A DNA stretch of 64,000 bases, taken from NCBI GenBank assembly GCA_964016885.1, contig OZ024740.1, positions 256,370,001 through 256,434,000 on the forward strand, read 5' to 3'. Shown piece after piece: positions 36,095-48,176 of the stretch. Origin of the DNA: Eledone cirrhosa. Taxonomy: Eukaryota. The notes under the pieces were generated by a model. It saw only the letters and a program-made list of their open reading frames with translations, searched no databases and was not told the origin of the DNA. The first letter of the stretch is position 1. The number at the start of each line of letters is the position of its first letter. A program made the translations under genes and the position numbers.

Positions 36095-37594
36095 CTTACA
36101 AATATCTAGGTGTTTGTGAAGGAGACGGAATGAAGCACTCGACAATGAAGGAAAGGATAAGGAAGGAATGTTACCGCAGAGTAAGAGCAATCTTAAGAAC
36201 GGAATTGAATGCAAGTAATAGGATCGATGCCATAAACACGCTTGCCATACCAGTAGTAACCTACAGTTACAATGTCATCAACTGGTCAAGCACAGAGATC
36301 CGTAGGCTCGATACAAAAATTAGAAAATTCTTAACCATTCACAGAATGCATCACCCTAAGGCAGATACAGATAGAATATATCTCCCTAGGAAAGAAGGAG
36401 GACGTGGGTTAATCCAGTTAGACATTGCGTTGAAAACTGCAACAATTGGATTATCTATATATCTAAGGGAATCACATGATTGGATGATCAAACTCGTTTT
36501 GAAACACGAAAGCATCAAAAGATCATACTCCATTACAAAAGATGCACAAAGATACAGTAATGGACTACAAATTTCAGAAGTCCCATTTACTGCTGAAATG
36601 GAAAACAGAAAAAAGCAAAGCAGGTAAAAGTAACTGCAAAGAAAGAACTGCTACAGAAACTGGCTAAGAAATGGCAAGAAAAGCCTCTGCATGGAAAATA
36701 CCCAGAACGACCCAACACTCCTGATGTTGACAAAACTTTAACCCATCAGTGGTTGGCATTCTCTGGACTGAAATCGGAGACTGAAGGACTGATTATATCA
36801 GCACAAGATCAGTGTCTGCCAACAAAAAATTACCAAGCCAACATAATAAAAAATGGATGCAGCCCATTATGCCGTGTATGTAAAAAACAACCAGAGACCA
36901 TTGACCATATAATTTCAATGTGCAGTTCTATAGCTCCAACCGAATACCTAAACAGGCATGACAGAGCTGCACAATACATACATTGGATAATGTGTAAGCA
37001 TTTTGACCTGCCCCATCAAAAGAATTGGTGGGAGCATCAACCACCTCCCATACTTGAAAAAGATCACATCTCAATCTTGTGGAACTTTAGCATCCAAACA
37101 GACCGAAAAATAGATGCAAATAGACCTGATATAATATTGAAGGACTTCAAAAAGAGGGTATGCCTGCTAATTGATATGTCCGTTCCAATAGACAAGAATG
37201 TATCTATAAAAACATTTGAAAAATTGAGCAAGTATAAGGACCTGGAGATAGAAATTGGAAAAATGTGGAAATTGAGAACTAAAACAATACCAGTGGTTGT
37301 AGGCGCTCTAGGAATGATACCTAAGGGGTCTAATGATTACTTATCGCATATGCTGCGTATAGGAGAAATACAAAAGATAGTACTAATGGGAACTGCGCAT
37401 ATACTAAGGAAGATTCTATCAATATAAGTACATCACAAGTCTAAACACCTAAAGATGCATGTGTGAGTATGTATGTTCTTTCTTGAACATGGCGGACCTT
37501 GTTGTCTCTTGAGGTCACTGGTTGTGACTTGGTGATAACTCGTATGAACATAAAGCAAGATAAATGCAGCTATAATAATAATAATAATAATAAT
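36092..37594 (+). mobile_element. R4/Dong-clade LINE, 5'-truncated, flanked by (TAA)n on both sides
   Basis: KYLG, HHPKADTDRIYLPRKEGGRGL, CRVC..ETIDHIISMC, RHD, RPDII..LIDMSVP..KLSKYKDL; (AAT)n at 36047-36091 and 37574-37594. Confidence 0.88.
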
Positions 37595-37737
37595 CTGGCG
37601 ATATACCAGAAGTGTTGAAATTTGAAACTTTTAATAGAAGTGAATCTTGAAATAAGCAATGAAATTATTCATATTTAATCAGGAGTTACGAAATTTAGTA
37701 CATACATTATATAATATTCATTTATTATTTATTCAAC

Positions 37738-37912
37738 CTATCGATAGAGGGTCGGACGCCATGCTTTCCAGCATAGTTACGTCCCTTTACGATCTGAGTT
37801 CAAATCCCGCCGAGGTTAACTTTGCCTTTCATCCTTACGGGGTCGATAAAATAAAGTACCAGTAATGCACTGGGTAATTACTGGTCTTGTGCCTAAAGTA
37901 GAAACAATTATT
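37738..37912 (+). mobile_element. tRNA-SINE, slightly 5'-truncated
   Basis: B box GAGTTCAAATCC and the same core and tail as the 8499 SINE. Confidence 0.85.
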
Positions 37913-38029
37913 TATTCAACCAAAAGTAGAAACAATTATTTATTCAAAGTAATCCAACTTATTTTACCAGGATAAAAAAATATATTCAGAACACAGTCGC
38001 GCACATATTATATTATGATTATTATTATT

Positions 38030-38670
38030 ATGTTACTTCGTTTGCCTCGGTTCGATTTCTCTATTGTCTGATTCAGGCTTTGAACCTAGGGCAATAGATG
38101 TTTTAATCATACAGAGAGAACTCGTCTGAGAATGTGTGTTTTTCCTAGTAGATCCATCTTCTGTAGCTCATATTTGCTGATCTTGCAGGGAAGGACGCAA
38201 AAGATAATGTTTGTGGTCATCTTCCACATGCGATTGTTCTCTATTTCCAAGTCTTTGTATCTTGTCAGTTTTTCCATTGCTTTTATATTCTTGTCAGCTG
38301 GTTCGGAAATATCTATAAGGCTACATGTACGAACTGTTTTAATTTTTAGGAGGATATCTGGTCTGTTGGCAGCGATTTATCGTTCGGTTGTCACAGGCAT
38401 ATCCCACAAGATGTATATGTTGCCCTTTGTCAGAAATTTGGATGTCATGAGAGCGGCAGGGTATCCTGTGCACATATTTGGCAATGCAGTTGCGTCTTTC
38501 TATATAGTCAGTTCTTGAAAGCTCTGGTGGAAACCCGGAGATAACATGATCTACCGTTTCTTCGTATTTATAGCATATTCTGCACAGAGAGCTATTGAAA
38601 GAAACAGTTGTAGTATTGTAGAAGTCATTTCTATAAAGATGCTTATACTCTACTAACGGGAATCTACCCA
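38030..38670 (-). mobile_element. R4/Dong-clade LINE 3' fragment, decayed
   Basis: LCRICYKYEETVDHVISG..IAKYVH; ATT-rich tract at the 3' end (38006-38031). Confidence 0.75.
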
Positions 38671-38695
38671 TAATTATATATATATATATATATAT

Positions 38696-38755
<60 letters not shown>

Positions 38756-39433
38756 ATGTGTGTATAAGAATAAAGGAACAAAGAATCAGTGTTGCATCAT
38801 AACGTATATAATAACATATTACATATGTTTCACTGTCGATCAGCTCGAGGAACGATCTATTATTATCGAACCTGACTCTGGAATCAAAAGATACTCAGAT
38901 ACGCTTCAGTATGTAAGCTCTTCCCTGATCATTATACTTAGTATACTCTGCTCTGCCTGATCATCGAGTGCTCACCCTGCATACATTCTACGGACGCAAT
39001 TGTTTTGCACCTATACACCTATATATATATATATATAATGTTTGTGTCTACGTGTTCATGTCAATATCTATGCATAGATATATTTTAATGGTAGTTTATA
39101 TTATGCAAATACACATAAAACTCTTTAAATATAACAACACACACTCTCTCTCACTCTTTCTCTCACTCTTTCTCTCTCTTTCTTTCTCTCACATCCCACA
39201 CGTGTATAATGGCAGTAACATAATTCATATGTATAGTTATTAAAATAAATACCCGTATGAGACTCCATAAATATCAATTTGGTGTCTTATACGAATGTTT
39301 ATTATTTTAATATCTGTACATATAAAATATTTTAATATCTCTACATATAAATTATTTTAATATCTGTTCATATAAATTACGTTGTTTCTAGTATATATAG
39401 ATATTTAACTGTGCACATATTTTAATTATTTCT

Positions 39434-39510
<77 letters not shown>

Positions 39511-39515
39511 TATAT

Positions 39516-39577
39516 CGAGTCCAGAAATAGCCGTCGAAACGGCTTGAGCTCTGCCGTCGGGGTCATACTTGTTCCTA
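39516..39577 (+). mobile_element. Fragment of the 783/42469 element family in (TA)n
   Basis: TAGCCGTCGAAACGGCTTGAGCTCTGCCGTCGGGGTC. Confidence 0.75.
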
Positions 39578-40234
39578 TATAAATATATATATATATATTT
39601 ATATATATCGAACACTGCTGTGATATAAACAATCATATATCAATCATAAATCAATCGAATCAATCATTCGGTCTCCTCTTATTTTTACATAAATTTTGAC
39701 TTTTAATACCTGGTCTTCAACATTTGTAGTAGTTAGAGGTAGTAGACATTGGAATATAATCCGGTAAAATGTTTGATCTAGAGTTTCATTTGCAGTGTCA
39801 CGGCTGAATGAGATAGTTGTTTTTGCTTTTAACACAAGGCCAGCAATTTGGTGTTTGTAGGACTTATCCGCACCTCGGTCGGTTCTGTCTTAGAGATCAC
39901 TCCATATATATCACTGTCTTAGAGATCACCCTGTTTTGTTCCGTGGAAGCATAGACAATTTTGTTTATTTTATTAATAAATTCTTTCCAGCAGTTTTTAC
40001 ATTTGTTGTTCCATTTACATCGTTTTTCTGGTGACTAGCTTGTTAGATTCTATGGCTTAGATGCTTTAGATAGCAACATTTTATTTCACATAGATGTTTA
40101 AAGGGAACAAAAAAAAAATGAAAAGAAGAAAAAGAAAGAATTAAACAATGAAAGAAAGAGAGACGAGACGGAGAGGGATAGAAACTACACCCCAGTTTGA
40201 GCGATGTTTCAGCAGCGCCCCGCGAACAAAATAC

Positions 40235-40600
40235 CAAAGGCATTACCGCGGTGGTTATGGTGAAAGAAGTTGTATGGTAAACGCAATGGAAATGACCTAA
40301 GCCAGGCAATCTCCTTTTTGCCGACGCCCTCATTGACTTTTTAAAAATTCCTCTTGTAGAGAAAGGTGATGGTGGAGAGGGAGATATTGTCGTTCATTTA
40401 AATTTGTTAGTTTTGGCGGGACCGGCGAACATGACCCTGACGAATGGACCTACTCTTAGCATGAGCATATAGATCAAGGCATGACAGCTAAGAGAGGGTG
40501 TTTACATTTGATAGTCAGGGCAATACTGGATCTAATGGGGTTCTTTTATTGGCTTTAGATAGCATTCTTTTTCATGGGACATTATCCTGTTTTGTATAAT
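40235..40600 (+). mobile_element. Highly decayed Tx1 3' end
   Basis: ATGGTGAAAGAAGTTGTATGG..GACGCCCTCATTGACTTTTT..GTGGAGAGGGAG..GAATGGACCTACTCT align by eye to the ORF2 C-terminus and 3' UTR. Confidence 0.65.
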
Positions 40601-41202
40601 GTATACTGTCACTTTTCATTTTATTTTATTACATCAAATTTCAATATAAACCAAAGATCGGCGCTACAATTAGTATAACTAGGCAGTTATCTATGGGCGC
40701 AGATCACAGAGAAGCACACATTACAGAATTTGTACAATTAAATAGAATATAAATGATAATATGCCGCGATCAATAAATTAATTGTTACATTTTTTGCTGT
40801 ATAGGAGCTTTATGTAAATATCGAAAGCGGTGGAGGGGGTCGTATGGCATTCTAACCTGACACATGATTTGGTGTGGGTGTGTGTGATCTGTGTTGTAGA
40901 AACTGCAGGCTTATAATTTTCTTAATGCGGTTAGAGCAATTGTGTCAAAAATTTTGTTTGTCAGCTTGCCAAACTTGTTAAAATTATTTCATTTGAGAGA
41001 GAGTGAGGCATAACTTTATACATGTGCTGATTATGTATCAACCCATACACTTTATACTATTTCTGTAATGTTTCTTCCTCTTTTTCGCTTCTACCATGTT
41101 ATTATAACCATCCTCCTGTTCTTCTCATTATTATTAGGGTTTTTACAGCTGACATTTGTTTAATTTCAATAGTTTTCATTATGTTTTAATTGTATAGCCT
41201 GT

Positions 41203-41320
41203 AAATTGGCAAAGTCGTTAGAGCCTCGAAATTTGCAGTCTGAATTCAAATTCTACCGTGGTCAGCTTTAACATTCACCCTTTTGGGGTAGATAAATCAA
41301 AAGTACCTGTCCAAGTTCGT
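41203..41320 (+). mobile_element. Diverged tRNA-SINE
   Basis: TGGCAAAGTCG A box-like, GAATTCAAATTC B box-like, core TTCACCCTTTTGGGGTAGATAAA..AGTACC. Confidence 0.6.
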
Positions 41321-41789
41321 TGGATTGATGGAATTGGTAAAAATTAAGAGAAGATTTGCAATATCTTTTCTGGCACTCTGCGTTCCGAGTTCAAATCTCG
41401 CACCTTTCTTCCAAGGATTACAATCAGCAGTGAGACGTCTGCCAGAAATTGGAACTCATAGATAGAATCAGCAATGGAAAGATCAATGGAAATACAGTTT
41501 CCTCGCGTCAATCTGACGATCGGTTTCATTCCTTTCTTCTGCTAGGAGTTGCGACCAGCAGATAGTATCAGCAATGGAAACATAGTTTCCTCGGTCCAAT
41601 CTGATGATACGTTACTTTTCTTTTCCTTTTTAGTTGTATTCTGTAGTTTATTGACAGTAAGTGAAATATTTAGGAGAAAAATAACTTGCTTTCTGGTTTT
41701 GTTGTTTAGGTAGAGATAAAAATCAATTGAAATACCGAATCTCCACCTCCTCTCTCTTACACTTTCTCTCTCCCACTCTCTCCGCGCAA

Positions 41790-42035
41790 TCACACACACA
41801 CACACACACACATACATATGTATGTGTGTATATGTATGTATTTATGTATGTTCATATATATATATACACGTATAAATATATATGTATGAATATACATATA
41901 AGCCTATATATATATATAAATTTTTGTATATGTATATATATATATAAATTTTTGTATATGTATATATATATATATACATATATATGTATATATGTATATA
42001 TATATATATACATATATATGTATATATGTATATAT

Positions 42036-42114
<79 letters not shown>

Positions 42115-42139
42115 CATATATATATACACACACACACAA

Positions 42140-42187
<48 letters not shown>

Positions 42188-42416
42188 CCTCATCTATCTC
42201 TCTCTTTGCCTCTTACTCTACTATATACGTCTTTATCACCTCTTTCCCTATACACCTCGTCTCTCTCTACTTCCCGTTTCTATCAAGCAATAAAGAAGAA
42301 ATAAAAAGCGAAAGCAAAACGAATACCGACATATTAGAGGAGCCTCCATATAAAAGGTGAGCAGCAAGCCACACGAAACTTCACATAGATACCATATATT
42401 TCAATATATATCTATA

Positions 42417-42468
<52 letters not shown>
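41790..42468. repeat. (TA)/(CA)/(TATG) compound microsatellites
   Basis: Direct reading. Confidence 0.9.
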
Positions 42469-42470
<2 letters not shown>

Positions 42471-42668
42471 AACGAGTAGGACCCCGACGGCTGACTCAAA
42501 CCGTTTCGACGGCTAATTCTGGACTAAAATCCAGAATTAGCTGTCGAAACGGTTTGAGCTCAGCCGTCGGGGTCCTACTCGTTCCTATTACCCACTCTAC
42601 TACCCTACCTATTGAGTACTTTGGTGCGTTATGGTCCATCTGGTTCCTTACCACATTTCCTTCGTTAT
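42469..42668 (+). mobile_element. Second copy of the palindromic half-hammerhead element
   Basis: Near-identical to 783-975; palindrome 42466-42588 centred on TGGA-CTAAAA-TCCA. Confidence 0.8.
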
Positions 42669-42905
42669 ATATATTTGTTTTGAGAGGTTTTTGATATGAA
42701 ATCGTGTGTCGAAACAAATATAGTTATACTTGGGGAGGGTCATATTGTTGTAATAATATTGCCAGAATTAATAACAGAACACACTCACTGTTTGGTTGGT
42801 TTTCGCGTCTGTATCGTTTATATCTCCATAGTTAATTCATTTGGCCATCAATGTTTATCACTGACTGACCAACGTTCAAAAAGACAGATATAAATACATA
42901 TATAT

Positions 42906-42954
42906 AGTCTAACAAATTCTTTCGTTGCACATCTGCAACATCATCAGTGGTACT
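42906..42954 (-). ncRNA. Minimal hammerhead ribozyme (degenerate) at the Penelope 3' end
   Basis: Minus strand: AGTACCA-CTGATGA-T-GTTGCA-GATG-TGCAAC-GAAA-GAATT-TGTTAGACT. Perfect stem II; stems I and III eroded. Confidence 0.6.
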
Positions 42955-44316
42955 ATTATCATGTTTCCCCTACTGTATTGTATGTATTATAATGTTTACG
43001 CCTTTTTTTATTTTATCTATTTATTTATTTATTTTTGTCTTCGTCTCTGCGCTTGCGTTTGCGTGTGTGTATAATGTTTGGTATGTGTGTTCGCGTTTGG
43101 GCGACTGTGTTTTGATTATTGTATTCTATCTGTGTTTATTAGTGTGTGTTTATATGTGTTTGTTGTTATTGCGCTTGTGTATATATTTCTTTATTTATTT
43201 ATATTTCTCTTAAGTCAGTAGTGTTTGTTTGGGTGTTGTTGTTATTCCATTCATTTTTTTCTGTTTAGCTTTGGCCTTCTAAGCTCTATTTCGCTTGCTT
43301 GTCTGATTTGACTACCTGTTGGGTCATTTCTGTGTTTAGATATTATTTTAATTTCTATGATGTCTATGTTACAGTGATTTTGTTGTCTGGCGTGTTCGTA
43401 TAGTACTGAACCGTTTTTTTTTGTGCCTTTAGTCCCCCCCCCCCCAGTGTTAGTCCATTCTTTCTCCTATGCTTCAAGCTGTCTCACCTATGTATGTTGT
43501 TGTCATGTTTCTGCAAGTACCTTCTGTATATCTTATGCTATAGAGTACATTTCTAGTTTTACAGTTTATCTGGGGGTTTACTTTACATATAACACATTTC
43601 TTATCAGTACAGTGGGTTTTCTTAAAAGGGTATGTTTTGCTGATCAGGGATTTTATGGTAGTTCCTGGCTTTTCTACCACTTTAATCTTTAAGTGGGTCT
43701 TTCTTAGGGCCTTTCTACATTGGTTAGCTAATTTCCCTCCATGGGTACCATCCACGAACCTGACACTCTGGTATCTCTCGTTGTCGTATCATGGGGTAGC
43801 TTTCCCTATCTTATGTTTAGTCCTATCTAAGCTATTCCACGGTTTGCTCCTGTATAATGGGAAAATTCCTTTCATGTCCAGTTCTATGAGGGTCTTATAC
43901 TTCTCCGTGGCTCCTTTGCATACGATGATTCTGTCTCTTTTGTTGTAGCCAGAGAACTGCATGCAGTTGATGAAGTGTTGGATGTGTCTTTCCATTTCTG
44001 TTGGGTCGCACATGTGGGACACATTCTTCATCACTCGTACCAAGTCTGCGATCAGAATATTAAACTTAGCACTACTGGACATTGCTGAGCTTTTGAGTAT
44101 CAGGTATTTGGAGGCCATGGGTTTAGCGTAGTGTGAGTGGAGAAATTTGGGCCTTCTCGTCTATAGTGTTAATCCGGAGTTCCGTGTCTACTATAGGTAA
44201 TCTATTGTTAGGGAGTTTGGAAGGGTAGTCAATAGTTACAGTTATACCATTGTGCTATATTCTAAATGATGTTCGTTAGTACTCTCTTGTGGGGGTGTCA
44301 TTATTACTATATTAAT

Positions 44317-44506
44317 TGTTTCTACTTTTTGGCACAAGGCCAGCAATTACCCAGTACATTACTGGTACTTTATTTTATCGACCCCGTAAGGATGAAAGGC
44401 AAAGTTAACCTCGGCGGGATTTGAACTCAGATTGGCAAGGGCCGTAACTCTATGCGTCAAAGCATGGCGTCCGACCCTCTATCGATACTGCCAATTCACC
44501 GCCCTT
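44317..44506 (-). mobile_element. Full-length tRNA-SINE inserted in the Penelope RT with a 17-bp TSD
   Basis: Reverse complement of the 8499 SINE; ATTATTACTATATTAAT at 44300-44316 and 44507-44523. Confidence 0.9.
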
Positions 44507-44751
44507 ATTATTACTATATTAATATCGTCTACGTAACGAGAGTACATGATGAGGTCTATGGAGCTCTCTTTAAGGAGTTCTTTGAATCTCCTTTCCCACC
44601 ATACCATAAAAAGGTTGGCAACATCACCAGTTGTGCTGAGGCCAATGGCTGCTCCCTCATTTGGGGTGTAGATCTTTTCATTGAATTTGAATATATGGCC
44701 CTTTAGGGTAATTTTAATACTAGCCCCTATTGCATGCACGACCATGATGAG

Positions 44752-44798
44752 GTCTACAGGACTAGAACTGTTTCATTCGGTAGAAATCATCAGGAAGC
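44752..44798 (-). ncRNA. Possible hammerhead core
   Basis: Minus strand: CTGATGA-TTTCTACCGAAT-GAAA-CAG-loop-CTG-TA; stem I poorly supported. Confidence 0.4.
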
Positions 44799-45168
44799 AG
44801 CTGTCCAAGTAACATGGTGGTATTTATATACATATACATACATACACATATACACACATACATACATATATACACACATACATACATATATGCACTCACA
44901 CATACATACATATATACACATATACATATATACATATATACACACATACACACATATATACACTCACACACACACACATATATATATATACATATACACA
45001 TATATACACATATATACACATATATACACATATACAGTATATACATAATCATATACATATATACACACACATATCTATATATACATACACACACATACAT
45101 ACATATTTACATATAAACATACACATATATATATACATACATATATATGTACATACATACATATATAT

Positions 45169-45670
45169 ATAAAATTGAGGTAAGCGGAGCAAGCAAATTC
45201 AAACAATTTTTTAAAATAAATAAAAAAATATAATTTAAATATTTACCTATTCCAATTGCTTTTACCGAACGGTTTCACTTCACAAAAGATTGGAGATCCC
45301 TAGGAATTTCCAATAGAAAAGTTTAAATCATCAGAAAGCATTTTCCTTTCCTAGTAAAAGTCCCGGGAACGGCAAAATATATTGCCATCTGCCAGCTAGC
45401 ACAGGATCGAATGGGGCCGAAAATTTGACCTATGCATGAACCAGCCCTTAGTAGAAGCGGAAGTAAAGATAGACGTGTTGTCTATCTCGCCACTAAAAAT
45501 AGCAGCTAAATAGAACAGATTTGTTCTCTACATAACGGAGAATATTAAAAGAAGTTAATATACGCCACAGGTACTGTGGCGATTGGAATAGGTAAATATT
45601 TAAATTATATTTTTTAATTTATTTTAAAAAATTGTTTGAATTTTGCTTGCTCCGCTTACCTCAATTTTAT
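45169..45670 (-). mobile_element. ~500-bp element with ~90-bp inverted arms and an internal hammerhead
   Basis: 45169-45259 is the imperfect reverse complement of 45579-45670. Confidence 0.8.
45257..45340 (-). ncRNA. Type I hammerhead ribozyme
   Basis: Minus strand: TGCTTT-CTGATGA-(long stem II)-GAAA-CCG-TT-CGG-TA^AAAGCA; 6-bp stem I; GUA cleavage triplet. Confidence 0.75.
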
Positions 45671-46223
45671 AATTCTGGTATGTCAAATTAATACCATTGA
45701 ACAACCATTGTATCATAGACACCCTATATATTTCCAGGGGTACTTAGTACTTGTGACGATATTAACTTCTTTTACATATATATATATATATAGATATATA
45801 CACACATACATATATGTATATATGCATATATACATTATATTGAAAAGGTAACCTTTTCACATATTGTATTTTAAAGAGCTCAGGATTCCTTTTCCTTTGA
45901 GCACAGTATTGACAGGGAATAACGAGAGTCTATGGCTCCGTTAATTTATCGTGATATATATATATATATATATATGAATATATATATATCAACTAGAAAT
46001 TGATTGATATATATATATTTGAAATAAACACATGAAACAATCACAGGGGCTAATTGGAAAGTGTGTAATATATATGTCAATCAATTTCTAGTTGATATAA
46101 AATGCTCGGATCTATTCATTGGAATCTTTGAGCTTATTCTACGGTGGATATGGCGCATGTCTCGGACATGACTCGCTTAATTTAATTTAATTTAATTAAT
46201 TTTGGATATATATGTATATATAT

Positions 46224-46328
46224 ATACAGATAAAATATAGAGTTATTAACTCATATTGATACCCTGCAATTAACCCTGTTAATTGCAGGGTATCAATATG
46301 AGTTAATAACTCTATATTTTATTTGTAT
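46224..46328. repeat. Near-perfect 51-bp-arm hairpin
   Basis: ATACAGATAAAATATAGAG...GCAATTAAC-CCT-GTTAATTGC...CTCTATATTTTATTTGTAT. Confidence 0.92.
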
Positions 46329-46481
46329 TTCGGCTCCCTATCTAGGTGAGCTTATAAGATGAGTGTAATTAGGCTATTATTTCTAGCATAACCACTCACA
46401 CCTCGGATAGCTTTCAACCCACGAGGTACATTATTTACTTCTGTGAGTTCTTGTTAGATGTGTTTTGTTTCATTTAATCTA

Positions 46482-46571
46482 ATCTCTCGCTGATGAAATG
46501 CCTAAAGATTATCTGTTACAAACACAATTTTCAGGGCGAAACAGATTAAATCTTTAGTCTGTCCGAGAGAT
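46482..46571 (+). ncRNA. Type I hammerhead ribozyme
   Basis: ATCTCTCG-CTGATGA-AAT-GCCT..GGGC-GAAA-CAGATTAAA-TC-TTTAGTCTG-TC^CGAGAGAT; 8-bp stem I, 9-bp stem III extension, GUC triplet. Confidence 0.82.
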
Positions 46572-46770
46572 GAAATCGTTATTGATACGGTATGTATAGG
46601 AAATCTTGTATCTTACTGTATGCTTCAGTTTAAATATATAAAACATTTGTGGCATAACCTACCCTCGTAATTTTAGATGCAGAATTTACTGTGTTTATTT
46701 CTACATATATTAATATATAAAATAAAGTTAAATAAAAAGTCAAATGTTTAAAATTTAGCTTCGTTTATTG

Positions 46771-46823
46771 CTGCTATATATATTTCAGTGACAGCCATCT
46801 TTGGCTGTGACCTCTTCAGGCAG
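46771..46823 (-). ncRNA. Minimal hammerhead ribozyme (mirror copy)
   Basis: Reverse complement of 47056-47108. Confidence 0.75.
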
Positions 46824-47055
46824 TCCGAATTAGTGTGGTATAGACAAGTACATATGTTGTTGAGGTGTATAATATTGTCAATACTCTGATATGCCCAGTT
46901 CCTGGTTGGGTTGTTATTTCACTGAGGAACTGGAATCATATGATTCCAGTTCCTCAGTGAAATAACAACCCAACCAGGAACTGGGCATATCAGAGTATTG
47001 ACAATATTATACACCTCAACAACATATGTACTTGTCTATACCACACTAATTCGGA

Positions 47056-47108
47056 CTGCCTGAAGAGGTCACAGCCAAAGATGGCTGTCACTGAAATATA
47101 TATAGCAG
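47056..47108 (+). ncRNA. Minimal hammerhead ribozyme with palindromic stem III
   Basis: CTGC-CTGAAGA-GGTCACAGCCA-AAGA-TGGCTGTCACT-GAAA-TATATA-TA^GCAG. Confidence 0.78.
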
Positions 47109-47507
47109 CAATAAACGAAGCTAAATTTTAAACATTTGACTTTTATTTAACATTATTTTACATTACTCCGGAGTAACCAAACCAACCTGCGCACTCCGTC
47201 GAGTGCTCCAGACTGCATACTGAGGTGTGGTATACAACCAACATATACTCAAAATCTATATTAATATATATATATATATATACATATACACATACACACA
47301 TATACATATATATACACACACATATACACATATACACACACATACACATATATACACATATATATACACATACAATCATATATATACATATACATATATA
47401 TACACGCTTACATACACACATATATACACATGTATACATACATATATATATACATATACATATATATATACACGCTTACATACACACATATATACACATA
47501 TATACAT

Positions 47508-47546
<39 letters not shown>

Positions 47547-47802
47547 CACATACATACACATATAAATACATACACATATACACATGTTACGCAAACATGA
47601 AGTGTACACATACATACACATACACACGTATACATACATATCAATATACCGACATGCATATATACATATATACATATATATATTTTCTTTTTCTTTATTT
47701 TTATCATAAAGAATTTTAAAGAATTCCCTTTTCTTTAAACCCATCAACCAATGACCTCTACCCATCCCAATCACCACCCTCTCCTACCACCAGAAAAGAT
47801 AT

Positions 47803-47987
47803 AAATCGAAAATGCAACTGGAGTCTTTTTAAGAATATCTATTTGTTTTGTTTACCGGTTTCACAGTTCTTATGCTTTTCAAAAGTAGAATTGAGATGGA
47901 GGGTTTGTGTTTTATCTCGCATATGCGAGAACCGGTAAAGGAAACAAATAAATATTCTTAAAAATACTACAGTTGCATTTTCGATTT
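47803..47987. repeat. Element with ~58-bp imperfect inverted arms
   Basis: 47803-47860 versus 47930-47987; inner ends at ACCGGT. Confidence 0.8.
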
Positions 47988-48009
47988 CTTTTCCTTATAT
48001 ATAACTTAT

Positions 48010-48119
48010 GTTTATTGCACTGGTCTTATTTAGCCCATGGATCGCTTGCCAGCATGACTCGGAATTTGCGTTACGTTTCGCTTTTTTTACCCGCTGACAT
48101 GCGATTCTCACTGAATTTA

Positions 48120-48176
<57 letters not shown>

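Larger units (their letters stand above)
42900..44815 (-). mobile_element. Decayed Penelope-like element (RT + Cys-rich linker + GIY-YIG endonuclease + 3' hammerhead)
   Basis: RT motifs EGAAIGL..VANLFM..YSRYVDDI; linker CTDKKCVIC..NC; GIY-YIG NVLYSI..YIGET; hammerhead-like motif near the 3' end. Confidence 0.85.
46718..47160. repeat. ~440-bp spacerless palindrome carrying a hammerhead on each strand
   Basis: Centre 46939/46940 (GGAATCATATGATTCC); arms essentially identical except at the outer tips. Confidence 0.95.

Noticed and set aside
41455-41615. Local direct repeats containing CTGA(C/T)GA
   Set aside because: No downstream GAAA or stem III; appears to be a simple short duplication.
45169-45670. 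Classical DNA-transposon MITE interpretation of the inverted-repeat elements
   Set aside because: Arms are asymmetric, break inside hammerhead motifs and show no recognisable superfamily TIR ends; a PLE origin fits better, though MITEs with TA TSDs are not fully excluded.
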